DNA from: a virus
Taxonomy: Duplodnaviria > Caudoviricetes
DNA length: 35,701 bases
IMG/VR virus record: IMGVR_UViG_3300037419_003064
Coordinates: 1-35,701 of that record
Reading direction: 5' to 3' (one strand)
Under the pieces are notes generated by a model. It was not told where the DNA came from. It was given only the letters and a program-made list of their open reading frames with translations, and made no database searches. Shown here one piece after another: positions 7,101 to 14,876 of the stretch. The position numbers were made by a program, and so were the translations under genes. Numbering within the stretch: position 1 is the stretch's first letter; the number at the start of each line of letters is the position of its first letter.

Positions 7101-10100
7101 GTGTGACCCGTCTCGGCCTAATGTGTACCCCTCGGCATAACTCGGTTCATCAGTAGCGAAAATTCCGCCCTTCTCCACGCGTAGCGCCCCGCCTTCTATA
7201 TCTGCCGCCGTACCGTGATAAACAACGAGCGGTTTACCGTCCTTGTCTACAACTTTGGAATCTCCGAACCACTTTTTAAATGCTGGTGTATCGGTTTGTG
7301 ATGTCGGCCCCTCTTGTACAACTCTCCCGGCCCTGTCAGGATCAATGCCGTATTCCTTTCCATTTCCTGGAAAAAAACGAGATTTTAGGTTTTCGTCTAC
7401 GGCATCCCGCAAGAAACCATTGTTTATTAAATCTGTTGTTATGGTTCCGTCCAGATCGGTGGATGAACCATAGGCAAAGACAACCTGCGCCCCGGTTCTT
7501 CTCGCAAACCGTCTTACCGCGGCCTTTGCTAGAATCCTGTTTCTGTAAGTAGTTGTAGGGATCTCGGCAATTGCGCGCACGCCCGTTGTGCCGGAAACAC
7601 CAATCAAAGTTACCCAGCCTTCTTTCTGGAATGACTTGCCTATGGCAGCAACCTCTTGCGGCCGCTGGGCTTGTTGTCCGATATAGTTGCTCGGCTTTGA
7701 TGCTTTCAGAAGAGCATCTTCGCCAAAGTGTTTTGTAACTACTTTGGAATGAACCGTGTGCCCTGTTCCAGAAAGCATGATTTGCGCATACTTGTTGGAA
7801 TTGATGACCACATGCCCCTTCATCCCAGGCACCAGTTTTGCCAGGGTTTTTGTCACCATGAGATCTGCCCCGCTTGGTGTCGGATCGCCAGAAGGGTGAT
7901 TGTGCAATAGCCAATAGCCGTCGGCTTCAGCGGTTTGCATCGTGCTTTTCATCCAGTCCAGCCATTCATTCTGAGCCATGCCAGCAGGCATCAATGACGC
8001 GGATGCTGGCAGGCGGGACGTTACGCCGGATGCCAGGACAATGCTGTTGCCTTTGGTGAAGAAAATACGGACGGTTTCATACCGCGGGTTGCGGTATATC
8101 TGGGCTAACTCTGCGAGCTGTGCGGGAGTCGAGATTTTTTGTCCGACGAGCGCCGCAACACCTTTGTGTTGGATGGTTTCCGCGATTCCGTTTGCGAGGA
8201 TTCGCCCGCCTCGTAACGGTTTTGGATTCCCCCGCAAAGAATCATGCGCTTTTTCTTTTGACTTGGTTTTTTCATCGGCTGGCTCAGTGCGCTCAACGAT
8301 AACATCCATCTTATCGGGGTAGGTGGAGTGTGTGCGGGGTCTACCAACGCTTATCCACTTACCATCTTTGTCTTTCTTAACTTCTTCGACGGTTACAGAC
8401 CAATCATGGCCTTTACGGTCAAAGGATATTACGCGGTCATGTTGACCGCCCCGGCGCCCAATAATGTTGCCAGGTGTGTAATGATCAGCCAGTTTTTCAA
8501 GGGCATCTTTATGTCGGGTCTTGAGTGATTTTTTCGGTGCGGCCTTGGGCTTTTCTTCCTTAGGTTTTGCTTCTTTCTTCTGTTCCTGCTTGGGTTTAGG
8601 CTCAGGCTTAGGTGCCGGTTTAGGTTCTGTTTTCTGGCTATCCCACTTCAGTATGGCTTTTCTACGCTCGGATATTGGCAGCGACTCAAATGAGTCAATC
8701 GATTTTGCTCCGGCTATCTTGATGATAGCTTTGTGATCTTTATCGGATAGATCATAAAAGCCTGTCCCAAGAAGTCGGCTTATGCGTTTCTCTTCTGGCG
8801 ATAAAGGTTCTTGTGAAGGTGGAGTATGTTTGGCGTCTCCGAAGCCCTGTTTCAGCCCATTGTTTTTCTTGAAATAATGGTATGCGAGTTTTTGTATTGC
8901 ATCTTCGCCATTCTCAATGGCTGCGGATATTTCTGTTTCTGATGCGCCGAACTCGGCGGCGTCCTTTATTGACGCAACAGAATCAAACCCTTTCGCTTTC
9001 GCGATTGCTTCAAGTCGTGATATTGCGTTATCACGGTCCTCGGCTGTGGCGTATGGGCGCCCAGCCTTCGACTCCGGCTTTACCTGATCTTGTCCGCCGC
9101 TTCCTTTAGGGCTTTCATTATTAGCGGATTGCTTCTCGCTTTTTGCATCAGGTTTACTATCGGGCTTTGCGAAGAGGTCTTCGGAGGTTGGCTGCTTTTC
9201 TGTGATTCTTTCTTTTGCATTTTTCAACAGTTCCGGTTTGGTTGGAATGCTGGCGCCAAACATATCGCCAGATGTCAGGTCAAGTTTTGCTATTGAATCA
9301 TAGTAGGCTTTGATGAAGTCCGCTATCTTCTTTTGGGAGCGAATGTTGGCTTCCAGTACCCGCAGAATATCCTTTTCGGTATCGCTGGGGCCATCGTCAA
9401 ACATGCCGATCTGTGCCAGGTATTCGTCAACCGTCATTCCCTTTGACCGGATCTTGGATAGTTCCTCGACGGCTGAAACAAGATCCTGGCTTACATCGAG
9501 TTCCTTGGGTATTGCGCCTGATTCAATATCGGCGCGAACTTTCGATACCGATCCGGCCGCTTTGACGAGCGCCCCGGAAATATTCCGAAGATCGTTATCT
9601 GTGGACTCGACCAGCCGTTCAAGCGTAGGGGAATTTCCGTATGCCTGGTAGAGCATGGCGTTTCTTATGCGCCGCACTCCTTCTTGCGATAGCTTACCGT
9701 CCTTGTCAACGAGCGCTCCTAGTTCAGCCGCATTGAAACCGCTGAGGGAATGGCGCAAGTTCTGGATATTCGCCCCGGTCAAGGCAATGTCACCCGAATC
9801 GGTGACTTCCAGGTCAGAGAGATTCTTCATCCGGCCAGCATCGATCTTGGCGAGTTCCAGACCGGAATACTGCATCCCGGTGCCTGAGTTGGAAGCTATC
9901 GCCAGCTTGCGGGTATCGAATGGCTGCGTAATGCGGCGTACCAGTACCGGCTTTTTCATGCCGTCTATCTTGGCCGGGTCAATGCCTTTTGCCGCTGCGT
10001 CGGCTTTCAGTTGCGCAAGGTAAACCGCTGCGGTGCCTTGGTCATAGGCGCGGTTGATCCCCTCGAATCTGCCATTGCCGCCAACGATTAAGCCATCGTG

Positions 10101-11864
10101 CGAAAGCGTTGGGGCGCCCACATCCATTACAGGCGAATCGGACAGGCGGCGGTAATCAGGATTGTTCGCAATGCCCTGGACCTGAATATCTGAAGCGGCC
10201 CGCGAGCGGTCCCGAGGCTGGTTTATGCCTTCCTTCAGCGACGCCTTTACAGAGTCGGCATCAACGACATCCCACTGTGCCGGTAGAGTTGTGCTGTCGG
10301 GCAGTACGACTGTCGGCTGATTCGCCCCGGCTTTTACTTCATCCGCAGGTTTGGTGTCGTCAGGCTTTGGCAGAATCGAAGTTGGGGCTTCCGCTTCTTT
10401 TTTTGGCGCGGTATCTTTGGTTTCCTCGTCATCAAGTATGTTATTCGGGATCGCGTCGGGAGCAGGTGTGTTGCGCGTCTCGTCTGCCTTGTCCCTGCCT
10501 GTTTCGATAATGTGGTTTACAGCGTCGCTGGTGGCCTCAGGAGCGTTTGCAATCTCTGGGTCTACCCCTTGGGTTGCCCGGCGGTCTAACTCTGCCTGAG
10601 CGTCTTTTTTGGCGCGTTCGCTGCCACGTTTAGCGGTGTACCGCAAAGCCGCGTCGGAATGTTCGGTAACAGGCTTGCCAGCAATGACAGGCACGCCAGC
10701 ACCCATGCCAAAACCGCCTATGGCGCCCATGGCGCCGCCGAATAATGTTTCCTTGATACTTTCCGGAGTAGTCGGGTTATCGCCTGCTGCAAGCTGTTCT
10801 ATGGGGTTCTGGGCTAGTTCTTCTGCTCCTTCAATTGCCGCACCTTTGCCGCCGCCCTTTAACATGGCTCCCGGCAATGTGGTCGCCGCGAATTTCTCTG
10901 CGAGTTTCGCCCTTCCTTCCTTTGTCATGGCCGCAAGCGCCCATTGTTGCGGCCCGAATGCCTGTTCGATAGCGCCTACAGCGGCAGCGCCCATGGTCGC
11001 AATAGCGATAGCCTTGGCGTCCTTCTCGTTCTTGGGATCGTTCAGGATTTGCTTGTCGCGGATGCCGCCGTAGGACGGCAGGGCAGCGATAGCGGCAGGC
11101 CCGAGCCATGACACAACTTGACCGGCAGCGGCAACGAGAGGCGCAGCGGGACCGGCCAGAGGGGATAATGCGGTAATGCCTTGCCCGACGGCGCGCGCCC
11201 CCAGCATTCCCGCCATTGAAGGCGCTGCGTTCCCTGTTGCTTCAGTAAAGGCAGTACCCGGCTTTGCGGCAATATCCTTGAGGGAATTTACGGCCGTTGG
11301 ATTGGCGTCGATGACAGCTTGACCGTATTGCTTCACGGCGTTATTGCTATCAGCGCCCATGTAGTCGGCCGCAACTTGTCCGGCACCCTTTATGCCTTGC
11401 CCTATGGTGCGCCCGGCAGAGTTGATGAAGCCGCCTTCTTCCGGTACAGGTTCGGATGAAACGAGGGCATTGCCTACCGTTCGTTTTGCGAGTTGTGCTT
11501 GTTTGTCGTTGGCCGCAATTTGACGTACGCGCTCAGTAATCCCCGGTTGTGTCTCCTGATCTGGATTAGCTACCACTTTGGCGTAATAGTCCCGGCGAAT
11601 GGGTACGCCAGGAACTTGAGGTGCGGCTGTGCTGGCAAGCGAAGCGGATTTCTCTTGTGCCTGATCCGCGATGCTCTTCTTCGGCGTGAGCATTGATAGG
11701 CCAGCATCTACCGCATTTGATACGGCAGATTTTGCTTTGGTGAAAGTAGAGGCGTTCGGGTTCAGGTGAACTTCGTTTTTCCTGATAATTGCTGACATTT
11801 CTTCATGTGACATGCCATCAGGGAATTCAAGGAGATTGCCCCATGCCTCTACTTGTTGCGCCAT
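4188..11864 (-). CDS. Large polyvalent internal virion/ejection protein: ddrB-like ParB, JAB/RadC (MPN), ART-PolyVal ADP-ribosyltransferase and C-terminal LPD38 domains
   Basis: 'QPRDRSRAAS..Q...IANNPD..RL..SP..D.GAP......IVGGNGR' (ddrB-ParB, ~9.9-10.3 kb). 'HNHPSGDPTPSGAD' (JAB, ~7.9 kb). 'FKKWFGDSKVVDKDGKPLVVYHGT...LKNP...GHDG...EYVVFDPEQ.KS..GNNGNFD' (ART, ~6.9-7.3 kb). 'AKNLTVNFNRKG...LYAFFNASVQG...IPMPLG...ENKDFTGKPI' (LPD38 region). Last gene of the virion operon. Confidence 0.85.
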   Translation of the reverse strand: MAQQVEAWGNLLEFPDGMSHEEMSAIIRKNEVHLNPNASTFTKAKSAVSNAVDAGLSMLTPKKSIADQAQEKSASLASTAAPQVPGVPIRRDYYAKVVANPDQETQPGITERVRQIAANDKQAQLAKRTVGNALVSSEPVPEEGGFINSAGRTIGQGIKGAGQVAADYMGADSNNAVKQYGQAVIDANPTAVNSLKDIAAKPGTAFTEATGNAAPSMAGMLGARAVGQGITALSPLAGPAAPLVAAAGQVVSWLGPAAIAALPSYGGIRDKQILNDPKNEKDAKAIAIATMGAAAVGAIEQAFGPQQWALAAMTKEGRAKLAEKFAATTLPGAMLKGGGKGAAIEGAEELAQNPIEQLAAGDNPTTPESIKETLFGGAMGAIGGFGMGAGVPVIAGKPVTEHSDAALRYTAKRGSERAKKDAQAELDRRATQGVDPEIANAPEATSDAVNHIIETGRDKADETRNTPAPDAIPNNILDDEETKDTAPKKEAEAPTSILPKPDDTKPADEVKAGANQPTVVLPDSTTLPAQWDVVDADSVKASLKEGINQPRDRSRAASDIQVQGIANNPDYRRLSDSPVMDVGAPTLSHDGLIVGGNGRFEGINRAYDQGTAAVYLAQLKADAAAKGIDPAKIDGMKKPVLVRRITQPFDTRKLAIASNSGTGMQYSGLELAKIDAGRMKNLSDLEVTDSGDIALTGANIQNLRHSLSGFNAAELGALVDKDGKLSQEGVRRIRNAMLYQAYGNSPTLERLVESTDNDLRNISGALVKAAGSVSKVRADIESGAIPKELDVSQDLVSAVEELSKIRSKGMTVDEYLAQIGMFDDGPSDTEKDILRVLEANIRSQKKIADFIKAYYDSIAKLDLTSGDMFGASIPTKPELLKNAKERITEKQPTSEDLFAKPDSKPDAKSEKQSANNESPKGSGGQDQVKPESKAGRPYATAEDRDNAISRLEAIAKAKGFDSVASIKDAAEFGASETEISAAIENGEDAIQKLAYHYFKKNNGLKQGFGDAKHTPPSQEPLSPEEKRISRLLGTGFYDLSDKDHKAIIKIAGAKSIDSFESLPISERRKAILKWDSQKTEPKPAPKPEPKPKQEQKKEAKPKEEKPKAAPKKSLKTRHKDALEKLADHYTPGNIIGRRGGQHDRVISFDRKGHDWSVTVEEVKKDKDGKWISVGRPRTHSTYPDKMDVIVERTEPADEKTKSKEKAHDSLRGNPKPLRGGRILANGIAETIQHKGVAALVGQKISTPAQLAELAQIYRNPRYETVRIFFTKGNSIVLASGVTSRLPASASLMPAGMAQNEWLDWMKSTMQTAEADGYWLLHNHPSGDPTPSGADLMVTKTLAKLVPGMKGHVVINSNKYAQIMLSGTGHTVHSKVVTKHFGEDALLKASKPSNYIGQQAQRPQEVAAIGKSFQKEGWVTLIGVSGTTGVRAIAEIPTTTYRNRILAKAAVRRFARRTGAQVVFAYGSSTDLDGTITTDLINNGFLRDAVDENLKSRFFPGNGKEYGIDPDRAGRVVQEGPTSQTDTPAFKKWFGDSKVVDKDGKPLVVYHGTAADIEGGALRVEKGGIFATDEPSYAEGYTLGRDGSHIIPLYLSLKNPAEIDTDTWDGIIQAGTQEEFLGELKADGHDGAIIDALTGLEYVVFDPEQAKSSIGNNGNFDTNNPFIVAARGPSSTFDSPEPSRLDDLIHALQDKHIDLKRVTEAIKETGKQIADNVNAYLQEELFHGRTATRVKEFIDTELDPLIKLMRVNGVKMADFEEYLWARHAEERNIQIAKINPTDFPDSGSGMSTKHARAYLANLDPQKRALYDSLAKRVDAMNAKSRQVLVSYGLESQDTINTWQKAYKHYVPLMRDDMDHAFGNGTGQGFSVKGNASKRATGSKRKVVDILANIAQQREKNIIRGEKNRVATALIGLAKDNPHPDFWKVDVPPTIRTVNKVTGLVEDRVDPNYKKRENVVVARIPDKKGNIQERSVVFNEHDPRALRMAKSLKNLDQDQLNAVLNASSIVTRYFSSINTQYNPIFGIVNLTRDVQGAMLNLTSTPLAGKKAVIMARTGPALLAIYQSMRGTRKGKVSTNPMVRHWEDLQRQGGKTGFRDMYANAKARADALEKGLDPDWWQKTKIGKVITAGGLLNTPEKLFADKAVKPLFDWLSDYNDSMENAVRLAAYMTALDQGMSKQQAASLAKNLTVNFNRKGSMGRQMGALYAFFNASVQGTARLAETMKGPAGKRIITGGLLLGGMQAMLLSIAGMGDDEPPEFVKSKNLIIPVGDGKYISIPMPLGFNVLPNMGRVTSEFALSGFKNPGKRTIQMMDSIMDAFNPIGNAGMSLQTILPTAADPFGALAENKDFTGKPIAREDFNSMNPTPGFTRAKDTASAASKFLAEGINTLSGGTKYQPGTFSPTPDQIDYLIKQATGGVGREYLKAEQTIASAISGEELPPHKKILIGRFFGDTKGQSSQGNEFYANLKRINGHEAEIKGRMKNREDVAEYKRENPEWTLIGAANGAEKRVQELRKRKRELLKQDAPKERIKMIDELITTTMKSLNEKVREKSSALEKQ

Positions 11865-13144
11865 TATTTAAAATCCTTACCGAAGATCAATACTTTTTTC
11901 TGGCCTGGTGCCGGTGCGGCTTCTGGTGGCGGTGTCTCGTCGCCGCGAAGTTGCCCGGTTAATTCATTTACCTTTCCGGCAATGTCGCCATTTTCGCCGT
12001 AAGGGGAAAGCGTCTTGCCCACAAGAGTTGCCGCTACCTTCTGCCCGGACGCACCGAATAGCGGTTTCCCATTAGTTCCAGTGAGAGCTTTCTGTGTGCC
12101 ATCGGACATTACGGCCACAATTCCCTGATTAGTTTCGACGGTTCGTACTACTCGGGGAAGTTTGCCGGGTCCGCCTAGACCGCCAGTTTTCCCGACATTT
12201 TTGGTTTCTGCATTCAGTTTCCCTACCCTGGCATTGTTCACCAATACTTGTGAGTCAGAGACGTTGCGCTTTCCTTGCGCTACGCTTTTTTCCAGGTCGT
12301 GTTTCAGGAACTTGTCAGGGTCGAGCGTTGTTTGCAGGAGATTCCCTATGTCCATTACCTTTTCGCCCACGCCTTCTATGTTGATTTTCCATAGCCGTGG
12401 ATTATTCGGGTCTGCTGGTTCTGGACGGTCAGCTAGTTTGACGCCGCCGCGCCTCAGGCTGTCTATCGCGTCATCCACCTGGCCGCGCATCAGTTGCATG
12501 GCACCATCTATCATCCCGGTTTTCTTTGCGGTGTAGGCGCGCTCCAGGAACGGCGTAATGGCCTTGCCCATGCCGTGCAATTCCGCGAATGCCTGCATTT
12601 TGCTGAGCTTGTCAGGATTGCTCAGCAAGTCGGTTGTCATCATCGCCTTGGTGATTCGTTGCTGAGGCGTGAGATTTTCTTCCGGCGCCTGCTGGGGTTG
12701 CTGGGGTTGGGGCTGTTGTGGTGGGGCCATGGTGGATAACCCGACGCTAGACGGCGGTACTCCACCAGAAAATACGCCATCGTCCAGAGTTGCCAAACCG
12801 CCTTGTGCGTATCCCTTGATGATCCCCATGCCATAGTTGGGGCGGTCAGTCATGGGGCGCAGCGCCATTGATTCCTGAGTCGGAGCCATGTTCATCGGTG
12901 CGCTGCTTCCATCGGTGCGGAATGAAAGCGGCTTGGTCCCGCCATCGGCAATGTCGGCAAGGCCGGTAAGGACATCTTCTGATGTTGCTGCGGCCTTGTC
13001 CCTGTCATCTTGCTTCTGCTTATGTTCCAGCGCGCTCTGGTCCGCATATTGCTGGTAAATATCAAGATACTTCTTGCTGTTCTTGATGTTCATTCCGGTG
13101 TTAAGGCCAGATGTCAATCCGCCCATGAATGAGCCAAGTCCCAT
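11864..13144 (-). CDS. Putative internal virion (DNA ejection) protein
   Basis: Gly/Met-rich N-terminus 'MGLGSFMGGLTSG', Q/P linker, and position between ejection-type genes. TAATG coupling. Confidence 0.6.
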   Translation of the reverse strand: MGLGSFMGGLTSGLNTGMNIKNSKKYLDIYQQYADQSALEHKQKQDDRDKAAATSEDVLTGLADIADGGTKPLSFRTDGSSAPMNMAPTQESMALRPMTDRPNYGMGIIKGYAQGGLATLDDGVFSGGVPPSSVGLSTMAPPQQPQPQQPQQAPEENLTPQQRITKAMMTTDLLSNPDKLSKMQAFAELHGMGKAITPFLERAYTAKKTGMIDGAMQLMRGQVDDAIDSLRRGGVKLADRPEPADPNNPRLWKINIEGVGEKVMDIGNLLQTTLDPDKFLKHDLEKSVAQGKRNVSDSQVLVNNARVGKLNAETKNVGKTGGLGGPGKLPRVVRTVETNQGIVAVMSDGTQKALTGTNGKPLFGASGQKVAATLVGKTLSPYGENGDIAGKVNELTGQLRGDETPPPEAAPAPGQKKVLIFGKDFK

Positions 13145-14271
13145 TATGCTGCTCCTTCTGTCATTTCTTCCTGTTTGCCATTGAGCATTGCCAACCCGCC
13201 AGAATTGATACGGTGAATGAAATCTTCGCCCACCAATTGCACAGCTTCCTTGTTGAGCACTGCTTCGCCATTTGATACGCGAATAGGCTGCACACCTTCA
13301 ATGCTGGCCGGAATAGAATCGCTTGTGCCGGTTCCAGGACCCTCGATCATGCCGCCTTCATCGTAACCTTTAGGCCGCAATCGCCCGAGTGAAGGAGGTC
13401 GCTTGAGAGTTATGCGCGGCCTGTATGGGCGATAGCTTTTGATCATCCCGCCCTTGCGCAAAAACATCATTCCGCCCAATCCGACCATTGATCCGATACC
13501 GCTTAATGTGTCGTTAAATTGGTTTTGTTTCATCTGCGATCTTTGAAGCTGTCCTTGGTACAGTCCTAGCCCGAGATTGCCAGCAGAGCTATTGGCGTTG
13601 GTTGCGCCGCCAAACCAGTTTTGTGCTGAGGCCATGCTTGCGTTTCTCGCGGCATTGCTGGCGTTCATGTTGCTAACCGCTGAGTTGCCGCCATTCAAAG
13701 CCGCGGCATCCGCTGCAAGCCCCGTATTCGGCATGTTGCGCCCGAATTGCGCTACGCCTTGGCGCAGCGCCAAGCCTTGTAGTTCGGTATTCGTGCGCGC
13801 TGTATTCATGGCCCCGGCAGTATCCTTCGCCCTGTTCAGATTCACTTCATTGTTTATCGCGGCGAATCGGCCAGAGTTTGGGTTGATGCCCATGCGCTCC
13901 ATTTGCCTTTGGTTCTGGTCTGCGGTGTTGGCATAGGATTGCGTCACATCGGCGGCGGCTTGCCCCGCCATCCTGTCTTTGCGCTCCTGGGAATCGAAAT
14001 TGTTAGCGTCGTCCACCATGCGCTGCTCGACAGGTTGGAACAGGTTTTTGTAGATATTCCATTGCTCATCAGCGCGTGCCTGATTGGTATCGCCTTGTGT
14101 GATTTGCTGATTGACGATCCTCTGGACTAGAGGATCTTGCACGGCCGCACGGTCACGCTCCCAGGCAAGTTGGTCCTTCGCGATGTCGCGCATTGATGCG
14201 GCGATGTCTGAATTCTGTTTTGCTGCTTCGCCTATAGCGGGATCTGGCTTGGGAATTTTCGGGGAACACAT
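13144..14271 (-). CDS. Putative ejection/pilot protein with tape-measure-like C-terminal motif
   Basis: MC N-terminus, A/N/Q-rich helix, hydrophobic Gly-rich segment, and 'GYDEGGMIEGPGTGTSDSIPA...SNGEAVL'. Confidence 0.6.
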   Translation of the reverse strand: MCSPKIPKPDPAIGEAAKQNSDIAASMRDIAKDQLAWERDRAAVQDPLVQRIVNQQITQGDTNQARADEQWNIYKNLFQPVEQRMVDDANNFDSQERKDRMAGQAAADVTQSYANTADQNQRQMERMGINPNSGRFAAINNEVNLNRAKDTAGAMNTARTNTELQGLALRQGVAQFGRNMPNTGLAADAAALNGGNSAVSNMNASNAARNASMASAQNWFGGATNANSSAGNLGLGLYQGQLQRSQMKQNQFNDTLSGIGSMVGLGGMMFLRKGGMIKSYRPYRPRITLKRPPSLGRLRPKGYDEGGMIEGPGTGTSDSIPASIEGVQPIRVSNGEAVLNKEAVQLVGEDFIHRINSGGLAMLNGKQEEMTEGAA

Positions 14272-14273
14272 AT

Positions 14274-14876
14274 TTAATCCTCCAATACTTTGGTTAAACC
14301 GTTTTCGACGTGGCTATAGCCGAGCATCCTAAAGAAGCGCCCCGCCTTGTTGACTGTTTTCACTGTTACGCAAATTTCGCGTACTCCGATTTGCTTCAGC
14401 GCTGCTTCGCAATAAGCAATGAATGAACTTGCTACTCGTCCACGCCTGGCTTTTTTCAAAAGGTATAAGGTATCTTCGGTAGCAATGAGCGTTTTTGTAT
14501 GGGCACTCATATCCAGATACATTGCGCAGTTTCCGACCAGTTCCCCGGTGTCCCGTAGAGTGAAAAGAATGTAGCGCCCGGCCCGTTCGTACCGAATGAA
14601 TGTGTCGTAGTCTGGATTAAGGTCGAGTCCATGGCGGTGACCTTCGGTTTCAGCCCAGTGCGCCCGGTGCAAGTGGCGCATACAGTCAACGATGTCGCTC
14701 ATTTTCTCGACCGAGAACGTGAAATCGCCGCATGAGGCTGGCTTTACCTGATCTATAACGTTCAAAGGTACAAGTGTTGGCACTCGATCTGCCGCAACCA
14801 GAATGTCGGCGGCCAGGTCCGGCGAGAGAGGCTGCCCAATGTTCGCCTTCAGGATTTCGTATAAGTGTGGATGCAT
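14274..14876 (-). CDS. GNAT-family acetyltransferase (virion operon)
   Basis: 'EDTLYLLKKARRGRVA', 'ALKQIGVREI' and 'AGRFFRMLGY' GNAT motifs A/B. Confidence 0.8.
   Translation of the reverse strand: MHPHLYEILKANIGQPLSPDLAADILVAADRVPTLVPLNVIDQVKPASCGDFTFSVEKMSDIVDCMRHLHRAHWAETEGHRHGLDLNPDYDTFIRYERAGRYILFTLRDTGELVGNCAMYLDMSAHTKTLIATEDTLYLLKKARRGRVASSFIAYCEAALKQIGVREICVTVKTVNKAGRFFRMLGYSHVENGLTKVLED

Noticed and set aside
7780-8130. Stand-alone radC gene
   Set aside because: The JAB motif is an internal in-frame domain of the 2558-aa protein.
13144-14271. Tape measure protein implying a long-tailed phage
   Set aside because: Only a short motif matches. No tail tube, sheath or chaperone genes, and the portal/adaptor/nozzle set is podoviral.
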